A stretch of DNA of 50,978 nt from Spongospora subterranea f. sp. subterranea (GCA_049724395.1 JAUGWO010000044.1:1-50978); one strand, 5' to 3'. Shown: positions 1-14,901, numbered from the stretch's first letter. Notes: generated by a model not told the origin, from the letters alone. Made by a program: numbers and translations.

Positions 1-1123
1 ACGACATTGTCGCCAAAACGGAACACATCATGAAACTACTGTCGCCAGGAAAGTCAAGGCGGAATAACGTTGAGGTCGGACAGCACAACATCGATGATCA
101 TGATTATAGGCGAATTGGCAAAGGAACCGGCACTTTGCAGAAACTGATCTTAATTTCGAATTTTGTTTTAAAACTGTTCTCTTGCAGAGAATCGGACTGC
201 AGTATTAGTCATAAGGGGATTGATTGTCTCAATCGCATCTGTGTCCCCGTCCTTCAATGTCTTGTGAAATGTTGTGGCAAAGACATTGACCTGTTTCAGA
301 CACGTTGGGGAACGCGTTTCAAACACAGTCATTTTGGATTGAAATGCTGCCCCGGTCGTGGATCAAATCATAACACCTGCGTGTTACCAGATGACGAAAA
401 TCGTCAGAAGCTCTGACAACAGGTTTTCATTCGCCTTTTTTTAAAAAAACTAATGAACATTTGTCCTTTCAGAGACAAAGATGCCGATTTATTGGATCTC
501 AAAGTTCTTGTTGTTGCTGTTTCATCGTCAAAAACCGCAGAAGAAAAACTCAAACTGTGTTGTGAATTCTACGAGAAATACCGATCAGTGGCTCCATGGC
601 TCAAAAGGTTCTTCGATCATATTATCACCATTCTCCGAAACCCATCTGGGGGTGCTTTGTTCATCACTGTGGCCAAGATATAAACGAATGGATTCGAAAA
701 TGGGGCAATGACAAATTCGCACATTGGGAATTCAACAGGCGGAAATGTCATGGCTTAAAGTCCCTTCAATGCGGATCGATCGAACCACCATTTGATATTC
801 CTGCAAGACATCGTCTTCGCTATAAATCAACCCGAGACCTCCTCCCAGCCATTTCTGAAATTCTCGAACAGTATGATAAGTTCGTGATTACGAAGACAAC
901 ATTAATGAGATCGGCTAATCCGGATTTAACCTCTTTGATCAAAAAATCCCTTCGTCCTGTCAACAATTGTTTTCATCGTCATTGCGCTGGAAGTGTTGAG
1001 GAATTTGTTCGGAGATGGGGAGAATCAGTATTCTACACCACGTTCAGTCGCTATTACTGTCCTGGAACAGCCAGAGAGGAATCTGATATCTGTCCATACA
1101 ATTCTCGGTCATCCCAACCGTAG
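1..1123 (+). pseudogene. 3' part of a paralogue of the 43722-46252 triple Cys/WG-repeat secreted protein; frame-disrupted, 5' end outside the window
   Basis: ORFs 30..416, 453..683 and 596..1123 align piecewise to ORF 45146..46252. GT-AG intron 423..472. Relative to copy 2 there is a +1 indel near 381 (TGCGTGTTAC vs TGCGGTTAC) and a -1 indel near 587 (ATCAGTGG vs ATCAAGTGG). Confidence 0.75.
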
Positions 1124-1616
1124 ATAAAGTTTGACCCTCCAATGACCCAACAAACAAGGAAGATGAAGTCAAATAAACCTTATGGGTTTTTGGTAGTTTC
1201 ACAATGTTTATACTCCGATTCTGTTGTTCGTTTTCATATCAATTTTTTCTGTTTAATTCCGTTGGATTCTGGCCAACATTGGCCGCCAGATACATGTGTG
1301 GATTCAACACCTCCCTCTCTATGAACTAGGTGGCAATTCACACTCGATTGATGTCGATTGGTTTGTTATTGATTCTAATGACGGTTTTAGTCGGTTACCA
1401 TCAAATATAATGGCAGTGGAAGTGATCACAATAGATTCCACCCCAAATAGAGAACCAACCGAGTCGTCTTCCGAGTTGGGAATCGTGAAACTTGTCGGAA
1501 TAATGGTAATGGGTTATGAAAATACGGATTGTGAGATGTTATATATCCAGTCAACAATCACAATAAAAGCCAATGTTCTAAATTGACGATAACTGGCGAG
1601 GGAGTCTGCTGCCATA
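1..1616 (+). repeat. Direct segmental duplication, copy 1 (copy 2 at 45129..46776)
   Basis: Colinear, highly similar nucleotide match by eye from ACGACA(T/G)TGTCGCCAA to GAGTCTG(C/T)TGCCATA, covering the CDS end and about 500 nt of 3' flank. Confidence 0.95.
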
Positions 1617-2074
1617 TTTCACCTGGAGGGCAACGGTCAAGGTATGATTCAAATAACACGAAATAACACGACATCGCCAACCACGACAGTCTTTCTGAAT
1701 CTGAATCGTCATCTCCATTCAATGCGATTGGTCTCCCAACCTTTCCTCAGGTATGATCTAACCCAATGTCGCTGAAATCACGTTCCGAATTCCACGAACT
1801 TGTATCGCCAGGCTTCATTGGTTCGTTCTCCTAATGGTGCACAACAAATGAGATTAGCGACCTGCTCTAATTGCAACAATCCAGATTGGTGATTCAGTTC
1901 ATAATCCGTTCATATACGTGTTTGAGACGAAGAATTAGGTAATATGGCGAGGTCCTGCCAGGGCAATAGAAACCATCACGAATTACAACGTCAAATGAAC
2001 ACACTTAGTTGGACCTGTATAGTGTTAACCGGTCTGTCGAAATCATTGAAGTCGCTGATCTGATCTGCCAGGAG

Positions 2075-2430
2075 TCCATGTGCCCATCATGGGACAACAT
2101 CGGAAATGGTGAATCTCAGGAACGAATTTGGGGAAACAGATCTTTTACAGGTCTTATTGGTAATAGGTTGGTCAAGATCTACTATTTACTTCGGGGCGCC
2201 ATCAAATTTGTGTCTCCTTTTCCCTAGTTTTCATACAGTGAGAGATCTGTTGGACAAAGGGGTTGATCCATCTATAATGGACAATGTTCAAACTAATTTG
2301 ATAAACCAGTGGCCTTGAACTGCATTGTTGTGCTGCTCTTTAGGCAGATTTCACTCGGTCCACGGTTGGAACAAAGTGGAGTTCGGTTTGTCGTCAAATA
2401 CATATTGCAGATGCGAAAGGGGACACAGTG
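2075..2430 (+). pseudogene. Ankyrin-repeat-like remnant
   Basis: Fragments VNLRNEFGETDLL, TVRDLLDKGVDPSIMDN and IHIADAKGDT resemble the ankyrin consensus but lie in broken frames. Confidence 0.35.
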
Positions 2431-3040
2431 CAATTGTGGATCATCCCGTGAATGAACGGGTTCACTTTAAGAACAGGGACCAATGATTATCACGCCGCCA
2501 TTGCTCATCAACCATGTTGCCAGGGACCAAACACTGATCATAACCCAATCAAAATTGACGCGGCCATTGGTTCTCTTATTACAGACATTAACGCGGCCAT
2601 TGACCATCTCCAGTGTCATTTTCAAAAGGAGACCTTGATAGCCCTCACGACCTCACGACTTGGTCGATATTTTTGGGTGCCAGTTGGCGCTGAATAAAAT
2701 TGAATTGCTCAGACAACGTCCGAGGTCGAGAACGTTGAAACCTGGCTGTTAGGAAGCTGAAATGTCAAATGGATATCAAAACCGCCTTTCTTCGAGTCAT
2801 TGATGAATAACTGATTGGCAGAGCGTCGATATGAGGCCTGGCATTGTCTAGTTGGATATGAATGGACCCGTGGCCATTTCGACCGAATTGCAGGCAGACT
2901 TAGTAATTTCAGATCACGTGTTTTGTTGACGGCCTTAATGGGTTTAGTGACAATAGTTCCAACCGGACGGCTCGTCCTCTTGGCTGGTTCTTGATAGACA
3001 GATTGGAGAAATGAATCAGGGTTTTGGTAAATCATTGGTT

Positions 3041-3542
3041 TCTAGACCGGACTCATCGTGGTCGACCCACGATCGCCCCATGAACATGACATTCGTAATG
3101 GGTCGCTTGCTCTTACACGCGTAGCTCACGATCATCGGAAGCCAGGTGAAAACGTGGTGAATTTTGGGTCACCACAAGTAATCTTCATGGACAGCATCAA
3201 TTCACGAATCATCAACTATTCCAACTGTTCACAATGACATAAAAAACATGAAAATCTCATCGATATGCACCACATTCATCATATCATTGAGAACTGTGGA
3301 TCAGTTGACAAATTTACCAGAACTTCAACCTTGCCACTTGATCCTTGCATGCACCGTGGATGCGGTTAGATTCACAGCACATCCATGAGATGTGGCTCAA
3401 TATTGACCCAAACTTCACACCGTAATCACCTGGCTTCTGATGAGAGTGAACCATATCGTACACGTGTACGAGCAAGCGATTCATTACAAAGGTCATGTTC
3501 ATGGCGGCCGTGGGTCGACCAGGACGGGACCGATCTAGAGCC
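3041..3542. mobile_element. Non-autonomous TIR element (MITE; hAT- or Mutator-like)
   Basis: Diverged ~130 bp inverted arms (about 3041-3170 vs 3403-3539; TCTAGA..GGTCGACCCACG..CCATGAACATGAC..GAAGCCAGGTGA..TTTGGGTCA). Flanking 8-bp direct repeat CATTGGTT at 3033-3040 and 3543-3550. Confidence 0.75.
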
Positions 3543-3756
3543 CATTGGTTCACCGGAAACCTTATCCGTTATTCTCAACTACAGGTTTCAACTTAAACAA
3601 TATCGCCATGTTATAATATCAGTGAACAGTTCCCTCGTTGGAGGAACTGCAAAAATCGACCCATGCGGTAACGGCAACAGACAGAGCGTGACGGAGTCCG
3701 TGACTTGTCCGGCTGTCATTTGTTGGCCGGTTGAGGAGCAGCCTCTCTGGCTCGCA

Positions 3757-5689
3757 ATGGGTCTGGAAATATCGGATGTGGATCCTGGGTTTGATCAGCG
3801 TAAGCAGCAGATCTTGCGGTCGTTACGGGATGGGTCGGACGACCGTTCCCCTAAGGGATCGGTCGACGCCCACATCGCCCATCTGCTGAACAGGATCAAC
3901 GCCCACCGGGACTACATCAGCACGAGCTCGTGCTCCGGTCGGATCGCCATCTGCAGTCAGGCAGAGGGCCAGTCCAATCGCTGGATCCTCCTATCCCACG
4001 ACCCGATCTCGTTCGACCAGCTCCGCTCCTCATTAGACGACTATTTCTCATCGGCCCATCAATCCGCCGCCGATTCCCTGAAACTCGTATTCGAGCCGTT
4101 CATCCTGGCGATCCAATGTCGCAGCTTATTGTCGGCCGGTCGACTATGGAAGGCGGGTCTAACGAGTGGCTGTCGGGAGTCGGGAATTCAGACCTCGTTC
4201 GAATCCGGTTCGCGAATCATCGTGTCGATCCGCTGCTCTGTCCGTCTCGAACTCCCATTATCGATCGACCATCGCCTATCCGTTGATCAATCGTATTTAC
4301 GCCATCTCATCACCGTCATCGATGGCAAATTCACCGCCAACGCTGGCAAAATCTCCAGTTTCACCAACTCCATCGAATCTGTATTAGTCGACGATCTCCC
4401 TCCTTCGTCTTCGGCGAATCCAGTTCATTATTCGTTGACGACGCCAGTTCGCCATGTGAATGCAGTCGTGTCGGCATTGAGGCGTCTGGGCCCGAACGTG
4501 ATGGATATTCGGGGCGGTCGGCGCATCCAATCCCTCCCCGCCCAGGACGCCACAATACCGATCACTGATCAGACGCGGGCGCTCCTGCAGCAATCGCCGT
4601 CGATCTGGGAGTCGTTGCAGGTCCCGTCCGATATTCCTTTGACTATCGTATCGACGTCGTCGTCCCCGGTTTCATCACCGCCGTCCAATCTAACCCCGGC
4701 CCGTCGCCTTCGCATGGCGATCGAGTCGTTGATCAGCGAATATCGCGCCCCGACGTCGCTACTGGACAATATCCCTGATAAATGGGAGATCTTGGGCGAT
4801 CTCGCTCTATTACCTTCATCGTCGTTCACTGACCCGTCCTGGTCAATGATCGATCAGGAACGACTGTGGAACGAGGTCGCCGACGCCATCCGTGTGAATC
4901 GCATCGGTCGTCAAGCGCCGATCGACCCGTCCAGGAAGCGCCATAGCCGCGTGATTCTTTATCGTGGCGATAACGGCTGGGTTTGCCATAAAGAGAACGG
5001 CGTCCTGTTCGAACTCGACGTCACCAAAAAGTGAGCGCAATCTACGTTGCAAATCGCCCTCTGATTCTGATTCTGTTTTTAGCGATGTTTTCGTCTGGCA
5101 ATGGCACCGAGCGAATCCGTATGGGGTCAATCTCTCGTCCCGAAGAAACCCTCGTCGATCTCGTAAGAAATGGCCCATCGTTCGTTCTGGGGGTCCTTTG
5201 CTGAAAGTTTCGCAACAGTTCTGTGGGATCGGGTATTTCTCGATCCCGGCGCTGGTTCATGGATCGGTTCAACACGCCCACCTATGCGAATGGAATCAGG
5301 ACACGCTGGTGGCGCTGCAGAAGAGTCTGGACGCGAATCGGATCTCACCCGAGCGCTACCGGGTCCACCCTGGCGATAATCGCCTGGCGGGTCTGAGCAA
5401 CATCGCCGATCGCGTCTTCCTCGGGCTGATCCCCACGTCGGAGATGAGCTACGCGACCGCATTGCAGGCGCTGAAACCGTCGGGCGGCTGGCTACACATT
5501 CATTCCAACGTCGCCGCCAACGACCACGAACGATTCGGTATTGAACTGAACGATCAGATCCAGGAACTGCTCGGCACGCTCGATTGTCGTATCAAAAACG
5601 GATTACGATCTCGTCTTCATCACATCGAGATTGTTAAATCTTACGCCCCGAAAATTAATCATATTGTTTACGATCTTCACCTCAAATAG
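3757..5689 (+). CDS. tRNA wybutosine biosynthesis protein, TYW3 methyltransferase fused to TYW2 aminocarboxypropyltransferase
   Basis: TYW3 motifs DRSPKGSVD, YISTSSCSGRI, FEPFILAIQC, GCRESGI. TYW2 motifs PDKWEILGDL, MFSSGNGTERIRM, VDLFCGIGYF, ADRVFLGLIP, GGWLHIH, VKSYAP. Introns 5031..5082 and 5163..5218. One-nt phase conflict at the A5 run before intron 1. Confidence 0.9.
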
Positions 5690-5797
5690 CGCTTCCAGAT
5701 ATAATAAAACACAAATCAATGAAACCTCGGCATTTTCGCTGTTTTCAACCGTTTTAACAACTCATCGATCATGGCGTTCTGGCGCCATTTTATCGCT

Positions 5798-6744
5798 TCA
5801 CCAAAACGCGATTGCGGTCGCCGGTGATGCTTTGATCTTCATCTGGTGACCGCAATGGCACAGTTTCCCTATGGGAGTTGACTCCATATGGCCCAAGCAG
5901 ACGCCCTCGTAAGCGGGATGGGCGGTCGCGAAGCTCTTCTCGCCCCGCTCCTGTCGCTCTTGCAGCGCCTTCCAGCATTGACGAATGCACTGGCGAAGTT
6001 CGTCGTTGTCGCCGTGTAGGAGAGCGTCGGCGCGTTTGAGCAGGTCGGCGAGATCACGCGCCCGATTTGTCTGATCAAGGTCGCGACCCAACACATTCTG
6101 TGTCCCAAAAATACTCAACAAAAACCGCGATCGAAACGACGATGGAAAAAACACGAAAATCTCACCTTAATCAAGGTCGCCAGATTGAACGTATATCCTC
6201 GTGGAATCCTGTCGTCTTCAGGTAATCGGTCCGTATTGAATATATCCCCAAACGACAGAAACCCAGAGAAGTTCACGCCTTTGACAAGTCTGAAAACACG
6301 CCAGGTGAATCACACATCGATTGAGGGGGCGGTGGGCATTGGATTTCGGTGATGGCGCCATTACCCAATCATCTCCAGGTACGACTGGACGGCGGTCCAT
6401 TCCCCCTGGCAGACGACGATCGCCTCAAGGGGGATGTATTTCCTCATCCGGGCGATCAACCCGTCCAACGTCTGCTTCATCCCGTGTTTGTAGTCGTCCT
6501 TCGAGATGCCCGTGATCGGCGTCAGAAACGATTTGAAATCAAGTTTCGGGTCGATTGTGGACGGGCCCGATATGAACGCGGACACCTCGCGCTTCTCGTC
6601 GAACTCTCCCCACGCGCCGTTCGGGTTCCGAACCAGTTTAATGGCCTGAACCCGCAAAGGATACCGATCAGCACATCGGGGGCCGGTGGCGCCACATTGG
6701 ACGTCGATCACGACGAACACGTTGTTTTTCTTGGTCATGATCAC
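5798..6744 (-). CDS. DEDDh (REX4-like) 3'-5' exonuclease homologue with degenerate active site
   Basis: Exons 6744..6365, 6289..6166 and 6097..5798 splice in frame with GT-AG introns. Motifs VVIDVQCGATG, SFLTPITGIS, AIVVCQG, LVKGVNF, FNLATLIKNVLG and C-terminal YEGVCLG..CHCG. Confidence 0.65.
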
Positions 6745-8019
6745 TGGCCAGCTAGAGAAAATGATTCACGGCCACGAGTTGTCAGAAGGATGGACAGCCG
6801 ATCGCACGTTGAATTCATTGGTTTTGCCACAATGTTCAGTGTTCGTACAAAGGTTTACCGATCACTTTCGGACAAACTCCCAATACTTCACAAACATGAT
6901 TTTTTCATTGTTTCTGCCAACCCAGATGTTGTTTGGATAGTGTTTTTGATAGGCATTAGAACGTGGGTGATCTTTAATGGGGAACATTTCGATAAGCACA
7001 TATCGATCTTCACCTTGAAACTATGCCGACATGGATAACAGAAATTTATTTGATTAAATAATAGATTCCGGCTCCGATGTGAACAATAGATTCGAGCTTG
7101 AAGCATGGCGATTTGTCAACATGGCTTGCATGGTGCATCCGGATGACTTCACTGAATTGAGCTTACACGCTTTCTCGTTATTATGAAACTAAACAGTACA
7201 GATCCAAACCAATCCTATGTCAAATCAAGAACATTCAACGCATTCCATGTCCGCCTCCGCCAGATTTGCGCCGCAATTCCAGTCGCTGCAGAACAAATGT
7301 TCGTGCGATGGGTTGCATTGTTAAATTTGATTTCGAAACGGATGGGCGCCCAATATTGGATGAAGCCCGTGCTCTTGTCCATTGATGATCGACGCTGTGC
7401 ATTTCAAAAGTAATTCCCAGGCAAATACAGGGATTCGTGAAGTAAAGACCGGATTCAAGCGTAGTGAATACCGTTGAAAGATGGACCGATGCGTGAGGCA
7501 ATTTGAGTAAGCGGCGCGGCATGATGCAAATTGAACCAAAACCCACCCCCCAACCAGCTTTGTTGGATGACACGACACAGAAGAATCGCAGATTTGAAAA
7601 AGCGGCTGAAACATCTCATGCTGAGACTAGACAATATTGGGATATTCTCCAAAAATCCATCACCCCTTCAAAAGCTTAAGTGCGCCTTAAGACCCGGCGT
7701 GGCTAACACGTCAAGTGGACTGTTCTTTCTTCAATCCGAAACTCATGCCAAGCCCTATTCGTTGTCAATCAGGCGATCCCCGACCTCTGTCGCGGTGCCC
7801 TGATCCACAGCTTATACGAGGGCGGGCGCGTTCGTGGTCGAACCCAAACAAACAATGAGGAAATACTGATCTGAGTGATGTCGAATGACAGTGACGGACT
7901 ATAACAGTTCACTTTTGATAGTGTAGTGTGGTAACAGAGAGGGGTTACGTTAATATCCGATATCGTGTACAGCGGTCTGTGAAGTCATTTAGAAAAAGGG
8001 GGACCTGAACACCTTCTTC

Positions 8020-10384
<2,365 letters not shown>

Positions 10385-11085
10385 TTCCAGCAATAGGAGT
10401 ATTTAATAAACTTGAATAGCTTTGTGCAATATCCAAGCATTTCCTCTTCTAAGTCATAACGAATCACTAATGATAGACCCTTGCACAAACATTCGCAAAG
10501 CTCGACAAGTATGAATCGCGCCACGAAATGTAACACGCGAACAAAGAGTGGAATTTTTCAAAGACCTAACTAACGGCTAAGGATGAACATCTACTTGCCT
10601 CTGGAATAGATACAGACCAATAACAGTCCGTTTATCATAGCACCAACTGCATCTTCCTAAACGATTGAACAACCCTTATCAACAGGTCATGGAAAATGAA
10701 GACTGGAACAACTGTAATTCGTAGGAAATACTGAATGGCCGTTTACTTGTGTGGGAAAAACACAAAAAGACTCGAAATGACATGGCGATTCGGGGTGTGT
10801 CGGTTGCCAATCCGGCTAATCGTTGATAACTTGTATTTTCCTGTACTTGTTCATTGCCTGATCCGATCGACGAAAGTTGCTCCTAGCGTGATTTTAAATT
10901 TCACCATTTCTGATTGGCAACCATCGGCGGATTCGCAAGTGTTCTGTTTGAACGCGCTCGTGGACGTCGTCACATCAACAACAACATACGTCGGTACACA
11001 GATCGCGGTACGTTATGGGAGATTTTTGAGTGTACGATCACTCGTATCCAGAGGGACCTTCCCATCAACTTAACAAAGATCTTGG

Positions 11086-13686
11086 ATGACGAAGGTGGAT
11101 GTCGTTTTGGTCCGAGTTTTCCTGATCTGGGGCTGCTATTCGATGGCCGCTTCGTGTAGAACGTGCAGCCCGTCCGGAGGTCCACGAACGGAATCGATCA
11201 TCATGACGGATTACGTGAACACCAAGTTCTACAACATGAGGGATCTGGTATCCGATATCGAAGGATCCCTCTATACCCACATCAACTACAATTTCTTCAA
11301 ATCGGATTCGGGAGTCTGTGCGGTTCTCGACGATTGGTTGGAGGTCGGCAATCCCTACCCGTCCAGTCCTCTGGGATCCGATGCTGGCGATTCCTACCAT
11401 GGACTGCTCAATCAAATGCGACGACTGAAGATCCGTTATCCGCACCTGAAAACGGTGATGACCATCGGGGGAGCGCTGTCGACGAATTTCAGCGTGATCG
11501 CGGCCGCCCCAGCGTCCAGAACCAAGCTGGCGGCGTCCTGCTCGGCCATGATGCAGTATTACTCGTTCGATGGTGTCAACATCGACTGGCGTAATTTCCC
11601 TAACTGATCTGATTGACTATCCCAAATGTAACGTTCTGTGTGTTCAAAATAGGGTTTCCCAACGATGGATCGAGCCCTGGCAGTTCCGCATCGGATCCGA
11701 ACAACTTCAATCTGTTTCTGGCCGCGTTTCGAGCCGCTCTTCCCCAGAATGCATCCTTGTCCGCCTCCGTATCTTTCACAACATCGACGATGAACAGCAG
11801 ATACAGCTTGGCTGCGATGGCGCCGTACGTTGACTGGATCAATTTTCGAAGTCTCGGGTTTTGGGGCGGATGGTTTTCCCCAATCACCCACACGTCCAAC
11901 CTGTATCCGCCCGATTCCCAGGCCGCTTCGCAGAGGAGCGTGTCCACCGACGTGGCCGCGGTTGTCGCCTTGGGAGTGCCATCGTGTAAGATCATCATCT
12001 CCATTCCCTCATCGGGGTTCGGCTGGACTCTTCCGTCGCCACCGAAGAACCTCTCGTTTCCGGCGCTGTACGCCTTGGGCCCCGTCCCGGGTCTGATGAG
12101 CGGGAGCGATGATGGCGGCGGCTACATCGACATCGACGTCTACGGCTCGTTCGCCGCCTGGAAGAAACTGTGGGATCCAGTGGCGCAAGCCTCGATGATA
12201 TACAACACCACCACTCGCCGACTCGTGTCGTTTGAGTCGGAACAGGCGGCGATCGCCAAGGCCCAATACGTGGCCGATCGTGCGTTCCTGGGAATCAACA
12301 TCGAGGATTTCCATGGCGACGCGCATTATCGTCGGTTGGCCAACGTGATCGTGCAGAAATTTCAGGCCGTCAGACCATGCGCTGTAGCAACGACCAAGAA
12401 GCCAAGCACAAAGGCAACCCAGAAGCCGATCACTAAGAACCCGACGACCAAGAAACCGGTCACGAAAAAGGCAAGCACGAGGAGAATGACGACCAAAAAG
12501 CGCACCACACAGAAGAACACGACAAAGACGAGCACTACTAAGAAACTAACGAACAAAAAAATGTCAACACAGACAGCCGCCAAGAAGTTGACAACGACAA
12601 CATCAACAACAGGGAAATCGAGTGCAGTTGCGAGCAAAACAGCGACGCCACAAATGGGAATCGTGACCGGTAAGGCCGGTTGGGCTTAGGGCAATGGAAA
12701 GTGTTCTCGAACCGGCCTTCTGATTGTTGCGGCTTGTCAGGGACGGTCGTGGCAACCCAATCGACCCCGTCATCCTCCATCAGCATGTTGACCTCAATCG
12801 GTCCAACAACGGTGAGCCCGTCTGGTTATCTATGGACCGTGTTTCAGCGTCTTATTCTGGTGTTCAGGCCCTGCCACTATCCACATCCAGGTATACAACC
12901 ATCGTTTGGGCAACACAAAAATCCATTGTGTCGGATTCTCACCACAGTACACACTTTCTGCGAATTTCGCTCTGACACACTTTGTTTTTTTCACATTATT
13001 TGGCGTTGTTGAACTAGGGAATTGAGTGTTCTGGCATTAGGGTGTTCCTTGACACAAATGCGGTTGGCGTCTCGTTCAAAGGATGGTCAGTTTGGTTGCC
13101 GCTCGATCTCGCGATTGGCAAAATATCCACGGCCGAGCGGCAACTCCAGGTCTCGGTCTTCGTCGAGAATCTGTGCCGCGTTCTGTCGATCAGCCCGAAT
13201 CGCGTCGTCAACGCTGAGCTCAGAGAGAACGGCGACTCGCGATCGGAAATCACGTTTATCATCATCCAGCGAACAAATGCGAATCAACAAGAAGGGGACG
13301 ACATTGTGGCGTCGTTCTCCTCCAGTTTACAGAGCTCAACGAGTCCACTACGTCAAGGGCCTTTGATGATTTCTGCACCAGATCCTCCAGTTCGGGTGGT
13401 GACAGCCGTTTTGAATCTGCGTCGCTGTTCATCCAACGTCGTCGTCGTGATCAGCAGCGGCTCCGATCCATGTTCAATCACTGAATTTGCGGCGACAACC
13501 AGCACCATGTCCTTCAGTGTGATCGCCATCATTGTCGCTGTGGTGTTGTCAATCGCATTGGTCGTTGTTTGCCGAATACGATATGAGAAGTCAAGTTGGA
13601 TGGCGACGGCTTCGCCAACGTTGCCAACGATGCCAAGTCCTTCTCAGCAAGGGCTCAGCCGAACATATTTTTTTGCGAGTCAGTAA
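11086..13686 (+). CDS. GH18 chitinase-like type I membrane protein (signal peptide, GH18, K/T-rich stalk, globular juxtamembrane domain, TM helix); catalytic Glu absent
   Basis: YTHINYNF, LKIRYPHLKTVMTIGG, FDGVNIDW, WDPVAQAS, VSFESEQAAIAKAQYV. Intron 11591..11652 gives FDGVNIDWRFP. Further GT-AG introns (about 12670-12740, 12812-12867, 12891-13040) join in frame to the last exon 13041..13686 with TM VIAIIVAVVLSIALVVVC. Confidence 0.85.
12388..12650 (+). repeat. Low-complexity TTKKP-type coding repeats (Lys/Thr-rich stalk)
   Basis: ATTKKPSTKATQKPITKNPTTKKPVTKKASTRRMTTKKRTTQKNTTK, roughly 5-aa periodicity. Confidence 0.85.
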
Positions 13687-14147
13687 TCAGAAACAGCTCT
13701 GGATCTTTTGAAGCGAATCCGTTGGACTCAACACTGAAGATGTGTTGTGATTGGCGGACGATGCCGCTAAATTACATCTTCACCTGTACGCCATAGCTGA
13801 AAACCAACAAGATTATCAATAAATATAAATTGCGATTTAGCACCACATTCCCGGTCCAATGCTGGTCTTCATTTTCCCAGATAGAACCTAGGACGTGTCG
13901 CCACAGCAAGGTGGTCGATCACGTCAAAAAAAAATATTACGAGCTTTGATCTCCAATCATCGTGGTTCCGACCGCAAAATCCAACGTAGAGCATGAACTT
14001 GAAGCCGATTTGGCCAATTCACGCAATGGAATCCACTTAAGTCCAAAAATCGAATGCAGCAGTGGGATACAATTTGTTGTCTACGCTGATTGGGAAGTTC
14101 AGGAACCAAAGGTCGGCGAAATGAGAGTTATTTGTTCATGTAATCGA

Positions 14148-14901
14148 TTAGAACCATTTATCGTTCTTGATTTCTTCGTTATACTTGGCGTCCAAGTCAG
14201 GGTTCTTCTTCAAAACTGAATCCACTGTCGCCGATCGAAGGTCTTGCTTGGCCTAAGAACCTTAGCTCAGAGACCACATCAAACACAGCTAGTCAATCCA
14301 ATACGTTTTCAAACGAAGCTTGATCTTTCTCCAAATTCTTGATGACGCCATTGACTTCATCAACCAACTTCTTAACTTGCACAATCTGTACAGGAGCATG
14401 ATGGATGAGGTTCTCGTGGGCAAAACAGTGAACAAACCGCATTCGCATGCTCTTTCTTGATCTGGGCGCCAACGTCAGACTCTGGATCCGATTCGAACTT
14501 CACCTTATTGTAGGCAGTCTTGAATTCTTGAACCAAAGCAGTGTCCGATAAGGTCTGTAAATCATTGAAATTAGGCGGTTAATGGGATCTGACAAGATGA
14601 TGCCCGACCTGCTCCCATTTTGCCCAGTCGATAGGGACCGCAGGCTTCTCAGATTCGAACACCTTCAGCTGCAATTCCAGCAACGACGCACGAGCAGCTG
14701 ATATGGCGCTTTTTTCTTCATCGGACGACGCGCGCTCCATCATTCTGTTCCTAACACATCGCAAGTCATCCACACACGTTCCAGGAAAGGACCACCCAAG
14801 AGCAACTCGAACCAATTCGGTTCAGCAGATTTAGCGGCCGTAGATTTGCTCGATAGACGGGCCACATTCTTCTCGATGCGCCTCCACGCTCGAACCAGCA
14901 T
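14148..14901 (-). CDS. ATP7: Mitochondrial ATP synthase subunit d
   Basis: Basic N-terminal presequence MLVRAWRRIEK, PIDWAKWEQ|TLSDTALVQEFKTAY, C-terminal VDSVLKKNPDLDAKYNEEIKNDKWF*. Several short introns. Confidence 0.75.

Noticed and set aside
421..472. Apparent frameshift in copy 1 at the T/A homopolymers
   Set aside because: Lies inside a GT-AG intron with a CTAAT branch-like site, also present in copy 2.
1130..1990. Minus-strand gene remnant in the duplicated 3' flank (cf. ORF 46364..46723)
   Set aside because: Stops and indels in both copies and no recognisable domain; cannot be supported as a gene.
3385..3756. 124-aa N-terminal extension of ORF 3385..5034
   Set aside because: Runs through the MITE arm and promoter; TYW3 similarity begins just after ATG 3757.
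6349..7038. 229-aa plus-strand ORF
   Set aside because: Antisense shadow of the GC-rich exonuclease-like exon; no motifs of its own.
13838..14100. Possible small spliced minus-strand gene
   Set aside because: No convincing start or homology; could be the ATP synthase d 3' UTR.
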